Source: an uncultured Myxococcales bacterium (GTDB lineage: Bacteria; Myxococcota_A; UBA9160; UBA4427). Taken from it: a stretch of DNA of 64,000 nt. Made by a program: the position numbers and the translations under genes. Under the pieces are notes generated by a model that did not search any database, had not been told where the DNA came from, and saw only the letters and a list, made by a program, of their open reading frames with translations. Of the stretch, positions 55,458 through 64,000 are shown one piece after another. The stretch is taken from NCBI GenBank assembly GCA_965603475.1, contig CBFDDD010000016.1:75-64074 (forward strand), given 5' to 3'. The stretch's first letter is position 1, and every line of letters begins with the position of its first letter.

Positions 55458-56039
55458 GTGCAACTCGGGATTGGGCGCTGGTCGCGCTGGATCGCGGTCG
55501 CCGGTGGCCTGGGATATGTCCCGATCGCGCCGGGTACCGCCGGCTCATTCGGCGGTGTTTTTCTCTTTCTTCTGATGCTCTACGCGAGTCCCGGGATCTC
55601 TCGAACAAGCTTTCTTGTGCTCTATGCGTTCGTTGTCGGGGGGCTTCTACTTCTCGGGATTCGGGCCGCTGGGCGCGCTGAGGTCGATTTTGGCCGCCGC
55701 GACGATGGTCGTATCGTGATCGATGAAGTCGTCGGTCAACTGATTGCGCTTCTGCCGTTGGCGTTGCTGGTGCCGTTGGGTCGCATTGCAGACGAGGGTC
55801 TTTTTCTTTTTTTTCCCGGGGTCGTGACCGGATTCGTCTTATTCAGGCTGTTTGATGTGTGGAAGCCGGGGGCGGTCCGATGGGCGGAGCGTCGATTCGA
55901 GGGGGGGCTTGGTGTGATGGCAGACGATGTGGTGGCGGGCCTCTACGCCGGATTCGGTTTGTTCGTACTCCAGCTGCTCGTCTTCGAACGATTTCTTTCG
56001 TCTTCTAGCGTGTCCAGTGTGTCGGGTGTGTCGGCGTGA
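55458..56039 (+). CDS. pgpA: Phosphatidylglycerophosphatase A
   Basis: GLGYVPIAPGTAGSFGGV, DDGRIVIDEVVGQLIAL, FRLFDVWKP and MADDVVAGLYAG. GTG 55458 was chosen because the upstream ORF part is repeat-derived. Confidence 0.8.
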   Translation: MQLGIGRWSRWIAVAGGLGYVPIAPGTAGSFGGVFLFLLMLYASPGISRTSFLVLYAFVVGGLLLLGIRAAGRAEVDFGRRDDGRIVIDEVVGQLIALLPLALLVPLGRIADEGLFLFFPGVVTGFVLFRLFDVWKPGAVRWAERRFEGGLGVMADDVVAGLYAGFGLFVLQLLVFERFLSSSSVSSVSGVSA

Positions 56040-57403
56040 AGGCAGAGATCATTACGATCGGAGACGAGCTGTTGCGCGGCGAAATCGTCGACTCGAACAA
56101 GGCGCGAATCGCGGAGCGATTGCTGCTGCTCGATCTTGAATGCCGCTTTCAGGTCTCGGTCCTGGACGACCCGGCTGATATGCGTGACGCGTTTCGGCGC
56201 GCGGCTGAGCGAAGCGATTTTGTGCTCGTTTCCGGCGGGCTCGGACCGACTCGAGACGATCTGACGACAGAAGTGATGGCGGAGACATTTGGTCGCCAGA
56301 TGGAACTCGATGACGATTCGCTCGCGGCGATCCAGGCCTTTTTTACGCGGGTGGGTCGCGAGATGTCGGACGTCAATCGCAAGCAGGCGTTCTTTCCGAC
56401 CGATGCGGACGTGCTTCGAAATCCGATCGGAACTGCCCCCGGGTTTTCGATTCGGGAGGGCAGGGCTGCCTTTTTTGCGATGCCGGGCGTCCCGCGCGAA
56501 CTCGATCTGATGATGGATGAACAGGTTCTGCCGCGAATCGAAGCATTTCTTTCTACCGCAGGCGCTCTTTCTACCGAAGGGGCCGCGGGCGCCACCGAAG
56601 GCGCCGCAGGCGCTCGTGTGGCGGAGCGGCGGGTTGTTCGGGCGGTGCTGTTGCGGACGTTCGGAATGGGCGAGTCGACGCTCGAGGCGGAGCTGCTGGA
56701 CCTTGCGCGCGATGGCGATGTGGATCTCGGATTTCGAACGAGCTTCCCGGATAATTTCTTGCGTCCCGTGGCGCGTGCGAAGACGGCCGAGGAGGCTGAT
56801 GCGCGTATCGGCCAGGTGACGGAGGCCATCCGCGCTCGGCTCGGTGCGATCGTCTACGGCGAGGGTGGTGACACGATGGAGAGTGTAGTCGGCCGCCTGC
56901 TCACGGAGCACGGTCTCTCGGTGGCGACCGCCGAGTCGTGTACGGGCGGCCTGATCGCAGAGCGGATTACGGATGTACCCGGCTCCTCGGCGTATTTTCT
57001 GGGCGGAATCGTGGCGTATTCGAATGCGGCAAAGGCTTCGCAGCTCGGTGTGTCCGAGGCGCTGATCGAGAGTGAGGGGGCTGTTTCGGGACCGGTCGTG
57101 CGGGCAATGGCCGAGGGGGCTCGCGCGCGTTTCGGTAGTGACTTTGCGGTCGCGACCTCTGGAATTTCTGGACCGGACGGGGGGACGGCAGAAAAGCCGG
57201 TCGGTCTGGTCTGGATTGCGATTTCTTCGGCAGAGGGAACCCACTCGGATTCTTTCGTCTTTCAAGTCGACCGGAGTCGACACCGCAGCTTGACGACCCA
57301 GGTGGCTCTGGACTGGGTTCGAAGAAGCATGCTCGGGGCCGAACTCGTAGGTCCGAGCCTTTTGAGGCGTGGCGGCGGTGGTTCTGCGCCGGGTGATTCT
57401 TAG
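56036..57403 (+). CDS. cinA: CinA: competence/damage-inducible protein with nicotinamide-nucleotide amidase domain
   Basis: MKAEIITIGDELLRGEIVDSN, SGGLGPTRDDLT, and the C-terminal ATAESCTGGLIAERITDVPGSSAYFLGGIVAYSN. The start overlaps the pgpA stop (GTGA). Confidence 0.85.
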   Translation: MKAEIITIGDELLRGEIVDSNKARIAERLLLLDLECRFQVSVLDDPADMRDAFRRAAERSDFVLVSGGLGPTRDDLTTEVMAETFGRQMELDDDSLAAIQAFFTRVGREMSDVNRKQAFFPTDADVLRNPIGTAPGFSIREGRAAFFAMPGVPRELDLMMDEQVLPRIEAFLSTAGALSTEGAAGATEGAAGARVAERRVVRAVLLRTFGMGESTLEAELLDLARDGDVDLGFRTSFPDNFLRPVARAKTAEEADARIGQVTEAIRARLGAIVYGEGGDTMESVVGRLLTEHGLSVATAESCTGGLIAERITDVPGSSAYFLGGIVAYSNAAKASQLGVSEALIESEGAVSGPVVRAMAEGARARFGSDFAVATSGISGPDGGTAEKPVGLVWIAISSAEGTHSDSFVFQVDRSRHRSLTTQVALDWVRRSMLGAELVGPSLLRRGGGGSAPGDS

Positions 57404-57451
57404 ATTCAGCTTTGATTTTTTTATTTTTGGCAAACGAATGATGGGGAGGCA

Positions 57452-58621
57452 ATGACGATGGCACGAGGCAAGGCGACAGCAACACCGAAGGCGAAGGTGG
57501 AACGAGGAGGCGTAGCGGAAAGCGCAAAGGAGAAGGCCATCGAGCTCGCGGTTTCGAGTATCGAGAAGCAGTTCGGGAAGGGCGCGATCACGAAGATGAC
57601 CGACGACGCCGTGAACCACGAGATTCCCTATTTCTCGAGTGGTGCGCCGAGCATCGACATTGCGCTCGGAATCGGCGGTCTTCCGAGGGGTCGCATCGTC
57701 GAGATCTATGGTCCGGAGTCGAGTGGCAAGACGACCCTGACGCTGCACGCAATCGCCGAGATGCAAAAGGTGGGCGGTGTGGCCGCTTTCATTGATGCGG
57801 AACACGCGCTGGATGTGAATTATGCGCGGCGACTCGGTGTGAATATCGATGAGTTGCTCGTTTCACAGCCCGACACGGGGGAAGAAGCGCTCGAGATCGC
57901 AGATGTCCTGCTGCGATCCGGAGCAATCGATCTCGTCGTTGTCGACTCGGTGGCGGCCCTGGTGCCGCGCGCGGAAATCGAAGGCGAGATGGGCGATACG
58001 CATGTCGGCCTGCAGGCTCGCTTGATGAGTCAGGCGCTGCGCAAGCTGACGGGGACCGTCGCGAAATCGGGTGCAACGATCATCTTCATCAATCAGATTC
58101 GCATGAAGATCGGTGTGATGTTCGGAAGTCCCGAGACGACGACGGGCGGCAACGCACTCAAGTTCTACTCCTCGGTCCGGATCGATGTCCGGAGGATTGC
58201 GGCCATCAAGGAGGGCGATCTGGTCACGGGCAATCGAACCCGGGTCAAGATCGTCAAGAACAAGGTCGCGCCTCCATTTCGGCAAGCGGAGTTCGACATC
58301 ATCTACAACGAGGGCATCTCGAAAGAGGGTGATCTGATCGACCTCGGCGTCGACGAGGGCATCGTGGAGAAGAGCGGCTCCTGGTACTCCTACGATGGAG
58401 AGCGCATCGGCCAGGGCCGAGAAAAGGCACGGACCTTCCTGAAGGAAAATCCGGATGCCTGCCAGCGACTCGCGGAGGAGGTCTACCTGGCCAAGGGATT
58501 GAAGCTGGCCGCACCGGCAGCGGATCCGGCTGGCGTCAATACCACGGAGACCACGGAGACCACGGAGACCACAGACACCACGGGAGCTGAGGAAGCCAGC
58601 TCAGAGGAAGCGGACGAGTAG
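57452..58621 (+). CDS. recA: Recombinase RecA
   Basis: [22 protein letters not shown] and [39 protein letters not shown]. Acidic C-tail with a [13 protein letters not shown] repeat. Confidence 0.95.
   Translation: MTMARGKATATPKAKVERGGVAESAKEKAIELAVSSIEKQFGKGAITKMTDDAVNHEIPYFSSGAPSIDIALGIGGLPRGRIVEIYGPESSGKTTLTLHAIAEMQKVGGVAAFIDAEHALDVNYARRLGVNIDELLVSQPDTGEEALEIADVLLRSGAIDLVVVDSVAALVPRAEIEGEMGDTHVGLQARLMSQALRKLTGTVAKSGATIIFINQIRMKIGVMFGSPETTTGGNALKFYSSVRIDVRRIAAIKEGDLVTGNRTRVKIVKNKVAPPFRQAEFDIIYNEGISKEGDLIDLGVDEGIVEKSGSWYSYDGERIGQGREKARTFLKENPDACQRLAEEVYLAKGLKLAAPAADPAGVNTTETTETTETTDTTGAEEASSEEADE
58541..58585. repeat. 9-bp tandem array (ACCACGGAG-type, 5 units) in the recA 3' end
   Basis: accacggag x3, then accacagac, then accacggga. 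Confidence 0.9.
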
Positions 58622-58633
58622 TCGTAGCAGGTC

Positions 58634-58661
58634 GGGTGCGGGATCTTCGGGTTCCGCACCC
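58634..58661 (+). terminator. Putative recA terminator hairpin
   Basis: gggtgcggatc-ttcg-ggttccgcaccc forms a ~12-bp stem (including G-U pairs) with a UUCG tetraloop, 13 nt after the recA stop. No U-tract follows. Confidence 0.5.
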
Positions 58662-58943
58662 CCGCCCGTCTGCTCGCTCCCGGTTTCGAGTCGGTCGCCC
58701 GAGTGGCTTCTGAACTCGCCCGAGAGGCGAATTCCCTAAATTTTACAGCGACTTGACGTGTGAGTTGCCGATCGGCGAAATCGTTTCCGTATCGAAATTC
58801 GTGAAGGATTCCCCCTGCGCGCATCTCAAGGAAGCGTTCGAATCGGTCGAAACGGGAGGACGGTCGAAGATCACTCTAGACCCATTCTAGATTCACCCTA
58901 GGCCGAAGATCCTGAATGAAATCAGGGGTTTTCGAGGGGCAGC

Positions 58944-60140
58944 ATGGAACTCAACGAGATCTTGAAGGTCGCCATCAAGGGCGGCGCATCCGACATCCAT
59001 CTGAAATCGGGATTGCCTCCGATGTTCCGGGTCGATGGTGCGCTCGTACCGCTGAAGAATGGCGAGCGGGTCCTTCCCGACGAACTCCAGAAGATTGCCT
59101 TCTCGATCATGAATCCGCTTCAAAAGGCACGCTTCGATGAGAACCGTGAGGCCGATCTGGCTTACGGCATTCCCGGGCTAGGCCGCTTCCGTGTGAACTG
59201 TTTTCAGCAGCGCGGAACTGTGGGCATCGTCTTTCGTGTGATCCCGTTTGGCGTCAAGACGATCGAGCAGCTCTATCTGCCCAAGATCATCGAGAAAATT
59301 GCGCAGGAGCAGCGCGGACTGGTTCTGGTAACAGGTACGACGGGCTCGGGTAAGTCGACGACCCTGGCCGCGATGATCGAATACATCAACTCCGAGCGAA
59401 CCAGCCACATCATGACGATCGAGGATCCGATCGAGTTCCTGGTTCGCGATCGGCGATCGATCGTGAACCAGCGCGAGATCGGCGTCGATACGCATACCTT
59501 CTCGGCGGCTCTTCGAGCTGCGCTGCGCCAGGACCCGGATGTGATTCTGGTGGGCGAGATGCGCGATTTCGAGACGATCGAAACCGCCATGACGGCGGCC
59601 GAGACGGGCCATCTCGTCATGAGCACGCTGCATACGCTCGATGCAACGGAGACGATCAATCGAATCATTTCGGTCTTCCCGCCCTACCAGCAGAAGCAGG
59701 TGCGACTGCAACTCTCGACGATCCTGAAGGCCGTGATCAGTCAGCGTTTGGTTCCGCGCGCCGATGGGAAGGGCCGAGTTCCGGCCCTCGAGGTACTGGT
59801 CTCCACGGCGTTTACGCGCGAACTGATTGGGGACAAGGATCGGACCAAGGAGCTGCCCGATGCGATTTCGAAGGGCCATACGACCTACGGAATGCAGACC
59901 TTCGATCAATCGTTGATGGGTCACGTCAAATCAGGACTGGTCTCCTACGAAGAGGCTCTCAAGCACGTCTCCAATCCGGACGACTTCGCGCTTCGATTTC
60001 GCGGGATCGAGTCGACCTCGGACTCGGAATGGACGGACTTTGCCAGTGAGGGCGAGGGCGGCGATGCATCCGAAAAAAAGCCGGAGAATGATGGCGTCGA
60101 CGGTCTGGACGAAGACGACTTCAATATCGACCGATTCTAG
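58944..60140 (+). CDS. pilT: Type IV pilus retraction ATPase PilT (with acidic C-terminal extension)
   Basis: Walker A GTTGSGKSTTLAAMI, IMTIEDPIEF, ILVGEMRD and TGHLVMSTLHT. Confidence 0.9.
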   Translation: MELNEILKVAIKGGASDIHLKSGLPPMFRVDGALVPLKNGERVLPDELQKIAFSIMNPLQKARFDENREADLAYGIPGLGRFRVNCFQQRGTVGIVFRVIPFGVKTIEQLYLPKIIEKIAQEQRGLVLVTGTTGSGKSTTLAAMIEYINSERTSHIMTIEDPIEFLVRDRRSIVNQREIGVDTHTFSAALRAALRQDPDVILVGEMRDFETIETAMTAAETGHLVMSTLHTLDATETINRIISVFPPYQQKQVRLQLSTILKAVISQRLVPRADGKGRVPALEVLVSTAFTRELIGDKDRTKELPDAISKGHTTYGMQTFDQSLMGHVKSGLVSYEEALKHVSNPDDFALRFRGIESTSDSEWTDFASEGEGGDASEKKPENDGVDGLDEDDFNIDRF

Positions 60141-60454
60141 CTCTGATGCGATGAACGCGAGACCGGAGACGAGGAGCTAGGTCCCGCCTGCACGTGAGGC
60201 CGGCCCGCGAGAGTCAGGGCGAAGTCGCTTGGCGGCGCCACCGCGCTTACGCACTCAACACGACGAGATCGACCACACTCACGACAACGCGCCGAAGTCC
60301 CTCGCGAATCGCGTCCTGGAGGTTCGCGATCAGCGCGATCGGGAGCGTTTTCGCTACCCGTCTCAGTGTTGGGCCGGTTGTTAGAGACTCCTTTCGGGGG
60401 GCCGCTATATTCCCGGCCGCAATCTTCGATTCACGTTCTCATTCGAGGTGTCCC

Positions 60455-63094
60455 ATGTCGCTCCCGTCTCGGGAGGTCCGCGAGATTTTTCTTCGCTTCT
60501 TCGAGGAGCGGGGCCATAGGCGTGTGCCGAGCTACTCGCTTCTGCCAGAATCTGATCCGACTCTGATGTTCGTGAACGCGGGCATGGTGCCCTTCAAGCG
60601 GACCCTGCTCGGCGAGGAGACTCGCGACTACGTTCGTGCGACGACCTCGCAAAAATGCATGCGTGTTTCCGGCAAGCACAATGATCTCGAAAACGTGGGT
60701 CGAACCTCGCGACATCACACGTTCTTCGAAATGCTCGGCAATTTTTCGTTTGGCGATTACTTCAAGGAGAAGGCGATCGAGCATGCCTGGACTCTGCTGA
60801 CGGAAGGAGTCGGTTTCAAGCCGGAGAGTCTCGCGGTCTCCGTGTTTCGAGAAGACGACGAGGCGTACGAAATCTGGCGCGACCAGATCGGGCTCCCCGA
60901 GTCGAAACTCTACCGGCTCGATGAGGATGAAAATTTCTGGTCGATGGGCGATACCGGTCCCTGTGGTCCGTGCTCGGAAATCCACTTCGATTGGGGGGAA
61001 CTGGCCGACCATCCGAATGACGATCCATCGAGCGAGACCGGTCGCTTCATGGAAATCTGGAACCTGGTTTTCATGCAGTTCAATCGAGATGCCGCGGGCA
61101 ACATGACTCCCCTGCCGAAGCCTTCGATCGACACAGGCATGGGTCTAGAGCGCCTCTCCGCGCTCCTACAGGGTAAACGATCGACCTGGGATTCGGATTT
61201 GTTCACGCCTCTCATTGCGCGTGCCGCCGAACTGTCGAATGTCACGCCGGGAGAGGATGCCGAGACTGATGTTTCGCTTCGCGTCGCGGCCGATCATGCA
61301 CGGGCGCTGGCGTTTCTGATTGGCGATGGCGTCTTGCCTAGCAATGCCGGACGCGGCTACGTCCTGCGGCGCATTCTGAGGCGCGCGTCGCGCCACGGAA
61401 AGTTGCTCGGTCAGGACACACCCTTCATTCATTCCGTTGCGGACAAGGTCATCGATGAGATGGGCGAGGCGTTTCCGGAATTGTCCGAACGACGCGCCTT
61501 CATCACGGATCGCATCCGCCGCGAGGAAGAGCGTTTTCTCGAGACGCTGTCCAAGGGACTCACTCTGCTCGAAGGGGAGATCGGGGAACTCAAGGCAAAG
61601 GGCGCCCGAGAGTTGTCGGGTGAGACGGTCTTCAAGCTCTACGACACGTTCGGTTTTCCGATGGACCTGACGGCCGACATTCTGGTCAGTCACGACATGA
61701 CCCTCGACCAGTCCGGCTTCGACGACGCGATGGCGGGCCAGAAGGCGCGGGCGCGCGCCGCCTGGAAGGGCAGTGGAGACACGGCCGTTCAAGAGGTCTA
61801 CGGTCGAATCGCATCGGATATTCAAACGACCTTCCGTGGATACGAGGCACTCGATCTCGAGGCGCCGCTGGCCGCGATGATCAGGAACGGTGAGATGGTC
61901 TCCGAGGCTTTGGCCGGAGACGAAGTCGAATTGATCTTCGAAGAGACGCCCTTCTATGCCGAGAGCGGTGGGCAGGTCGGCGATCGCGGACGGATCGAAA
62001 CAGACTCCGGCGAGGTCGAGATTCGAGATGTACTGAAGCCGGTCACCGGTCTCTTCGTCCATCAAGGCGTCGTCGTTTCGGGCGAGGTCAAGGTCGATCA
62101 GGAGGCGCGTTTGCTAGTGGACTTCGAGTCGCGCAACGCGACCGTTCGCAATCATACCGGGACGCATCTGCTGCATGCTGCGCTGCGCGGCGTACTGGGT
62201 GAGCAGGCCATGCAGAAAGGCTCGCTCGTCGGGCCGGATCGCCTCCGCTTCGATTTTACGCATGACTCGCCTCTGACGACGAACGAACTCGACGCCATCG
62301 AGGACCAGGTGAACCGATGGATCGAAGCGAACCATTCGGGCTCGACTCGGGAGATGGACTACAAGTCGGCGGTCAAGGCGGGTGCCATCGCCATCTTCGA
62401 TGAAAAATACGGTGACCTGGTTCGCGTCGTGTCGTTCGGCGAATGCAGTACTGAACTGTGCGGCGGGACTCACGCTCGTGCGACCGGTGATATCGGGCTC
62501 CTGAAGATCGTTTCCGAGTCCGGAATCGCTGCGGGCATCCGTCGCATCGAAGCTCTCACAGGCCTCGGCGCACTCAAGCACATTCGTGAACAGGAACGGC
62601 TTGCGACCGAAGCGGCGGAAACGCTCAAGGTGCCGCTTGCCGAGCTGCCCGCTCGCGTGGGTCGGCTCCTCGAGGAGCGGAAGCAGACTCAGAAGCAGAT
62701 CGACGACCTTCGCGCACGCAAGCAGAGTTCGGGCGCGGGGGATCTCTTTGAGTCGGCACGCGCCATCGCCGCGTTGCCGGGTGCCAAGGCGATCGCCGGA
62801 CGCGTCGAAGATGTCGACGCCAAGGCCATGCGGTCGATGGTCGACGACTTTCGGAATCGATTGGGGACGGGCGTCGTCTGTCTCGTCGCCGAGAGTGGGG
62901 GGAAGGCGCTTCTCGCGATCGGCGTCACGAAGGATCTGACCTCCGAACTCAAGGCGGGCGATCTGATTCGTGAGGTGGCCGGCGTGGTGGGCGGCGGGGG
63001 TGGAGGTCGTCCCGATTTCGCTCAGGCAGGCGGGAAAGATCCGAGTCGACTCGATCGGGCCCTCGAGAAGTTCAACGAGTTGGTAGGAGAGTAG
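60455..63094 (+). CDS. alaS: Alanine--tRNA ligase
   Basis: [52 protein letters not shown], editing-site [11 protein letters not shown] and C-terminal [17 protein letters not shown] 60455 is preceded by GAGGTG. Confidence 0.95.
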   Translation: MSLPSREVREIFLRFFEERGHRRVPSYSLLPESDPTLMFVNAGMVPFKRTLLGEETRDYVRATTSQKCMRVSGKHNDLENVGRTSRHHTFFEMLGNFSFGDYFKEKAIEHAWTLLTEGVGFKPESLAVSVFREDDEAYEIWRDQIGLPESKLYRLDEDENFWSMGDTGPCGPCSEIHFDWGELADHPNDDPSSETGRFMEIWNLVFMQFNRDAAGNMTPLPKPSIDTGMGLERLSALLQGKRSTWDSDLFTPLIARAAELSNVTPGEDAETDVSLRVAADHARALAFLIGDGVLPSNAGRGYVLRRILRRASRHGKLLGQDTPFIHSVADKVIDEMGEAFPELSERRAFITDRIRREEERFLETLSKGLTLLEGEIGELKAKGARELSGETVFKLYDTFGFPMDLTADILVSHDMTLDQSGFDDAMAGQKARARAAWKGSGDTAVQEVYGRIASDIQTTFRGYEALDLEAPLAAMIRNGEMVSEALAGDEVELIFEETPFYAESGGQVGDRGRIETDSGEVEIRDVLKPVTGLFVHQGVVVSGEVKVDQEARLLVDFESRNATVRNHTGTHLLHAALRGVLGEQAMQKGSLVGPDRLRFDFTHDSPLTTNELDAIEDQVNRWIEANHSGSTREMDYKSAVKAGAIAIFDEKYGDLVRVVSFGECSTELCGGTHARATGDIGLLKIVSESGIAAGIRRIEALTGLGALKHIREQERLATEAAETLKVPLAELPARVGRLLEERKQTQKQIDDLRARKQSSGAGDLFESARAIAALPGAKAIAGRVEDVDAKAMRSMVDDFRNRLGTGVVCLVAESGGKALLAIGVTKDLTSELKAGDLIREVAGVVGGGGGGRPDFAQAGGKDPSRLDRALEKFNELVGE

Positions 63095-63101
63095 GGCAAC
63101 C

Positions 63102-64000
63102 GTGTTTCAGCCCTTTGGAAATGCATTCCGTCCCGAGCGCCGTCGGACACGCGTCGTGCGTGTGGGCAATGTCGAGATCGGGGGTGATAATCCGATTCGC
63201 ATCCAGTCCATGACCACTACCGACACGATGGATACGCTCGCGACCGTCGAACAAGTGGCAGAACTCGCTTCGGCGGGTTGCGAGATCGTTCGGGTGACGG
63301 CGCCGTCGATTCGAGATGCCGAAAATTTGCGTGAGATTCGACGCCAGCTCGTCGAGCGGGGCATCGACGTTCCACTGGTTGCCGACATTCATTTTACGCC
63401 GAACGCTGCCATGATCGCCGCCGACCTCGTCGAGAAGGTTCGAATCAATCCGGGAAACTACGCGGACAAGAAGAAGTTCGAAGTGCGCGACTACGATGAT
63501 GCGCAATACGAAGACGAGGTTGCGCGAGTTGCTGAGCGATTCCGGCCGCTCGTCCAGCGTTGCAAGACGAACGGCGTTGCCATGCGCATTGGAACGAATC
63601 ATGGATCGCTCTCCGATCGGATCATGAATCGGTACGGCGACACCGCAAAGGGAATGGTCGAAAGCGCTCTGGAATTTCTCGATGTCTGTGAGGACGAGTC
63701 CTATTACGACGTCGTCTTCTCCATGAAGGCGTCGAATACCCAGATCGCAATTGCCGCCTATCGACTGCTCGCCGCTCGTCTCGAAGAGCGCGGACCGGGC
63801 GAGCCCTCCTATCCCTTTCATGTTGGTGTGACCGAGGCGGGGGATGCCGAGGACGGACGGATCAAGAGCGCGATTGGTATTGGATCTCTGCTCGAAGACG
63901 GACTGGGCGACACGATCAGGGTCTCTCTCACAGAGTCGCCCGTTCGCGAGGTGCCGGTCGCGCGCAGAATCGCGGCGGTCGCGAGTCTCCACGTGAAGGG
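63102..64000 (+). CDS. ispG: 4-hydroxy-3-methylbut-2-enyl-diphosphate synthase IspG (3' end outside window)
   Basis: Absent from the ORF track because it has no stop within the window. My own translation from GTG 63102 gives [42 protein letters not shown]...VADIHFTPN...RINPGNY...[11 protein letters not shown]...HVGVTEAGD. It is open to base 64000. Confidence 0.9.
   Translation, partial: MFQPFGNAFRPERRRTRVVRVGNVEIGGDNPIRIQSMTTTDTMDTLATVEQVAELASAGCEIVRVTAPSIRDAENLREIRRQLVERGIDVPLVADIHFTPNAAMIAADLVEKVRINPGNYADKKKFEVRDYDDAQYEDEVARVAERFRPLVQRCKTNGVAMRIGTNHGSLSDRIMNRYGDTAKGMVESALEFLDVCEDESYYDVVFSMKASNTQIAIAAYRLLAARLEERGPGEPSYPFHVGVTEAGDAEDGRIKSAIGIGSLLEDGLGDTIRVSLTESPVREVPVARRIAAVASLHVK

Noticed and set aside
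57404-57451. LexA/SOS box upstream of recA
   Set aside because: The region is AT-rich (tttgatttttttatttttgg), but no CTGT-N8-ACAG or GAAC-N4-GTTC-type palindrome is visible.
55943-57805. 620-aa ORF on the minus strand
   Set aside because: It lies antisense to cinA and the recA 5' end. The sequence is low-complexity and Arg-rich with no motifs.
58880-58905. TCTAGA-cccat-TCTAGA repeat upstream of pilT as an operator
   Set aside because: It is only two copies of a 6-bp self-palindrome, with no supporting context. It could easily be chance.
1-64000. tRNA, rRNA, tmRNA, RNase P or SRP RNA genes; transposases, integrases, prophage or defence islands
   Set aside because: No T-loop/acceptor-type cloverleaf or conserved ncRNA core motif was noticed in the intergenic regions, and no mobile-element or known defence-system proteins were recognised among the ORFs. 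This is an eye-scan only; tRNAscan-SE, Infernal and DefenseFinder would be decisive.

Overview
GC-rich chromosomal segment, densely coding on both strands. No rRNA, tRNA, CRISPR array, transposase or integrase was recognised. All protein calls come from reading motifs in the supplied ORF translations by eye; no database search was run. The gene content points to a diderm (Gram-negative type) bacterium: LolA, Lgt, an Omp85-type barrel, MltG, PilT and a PilZ protein. Most genes are housekeeping: nrdJ, recA, alaS, ispG, ftsK, ssb, mreB, gor, nth, sppA, ETF-QO, moaC, ruvX, cinA and pgpA. Many ORF-track entries are long antisense or N-terminally over-extended ORFs, as is typical of GC-rich DNA, so I trimmed or rejected them. 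Six things deserve a second look. (1) At the left edge, two translationally coupled histidine kinases carry reciprocal defects. One has an intact H-box and a degenerate ATPase domain; the other lacks the His and has an intact ATPase domain. (2) A fully contiguous six-gene Pup-proteasome module (arc/mpa-dop-pup-prcB-prcA-pafA) sits in this diderm context. Its Pup ends in GGE and may carry a 31-aa N-terminal extension backed by a strong SD. A small membrane coiled-coil gene follows pafA where actinobacteria carry pafBC. (3) About 1 kb with no credible coding signal lies upstream of arc and contains a near-consensus sigma70-type promoter. (4) nrdJ has a roughly 630-bp leader with strong stem-loops and 9-mer arrays. 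(5) Codon-phased tandem repeats (mostly 9 bp) recur at gene termini across the window. One intergenic array would encode a (PTS)n tail if the nth TAG stop were read through. (6) A MarR gene has a double palindromic AT-rich operator and a possibly leaderless start. It heads a small operon of a membrane hydroxylase and a methyltransferase.
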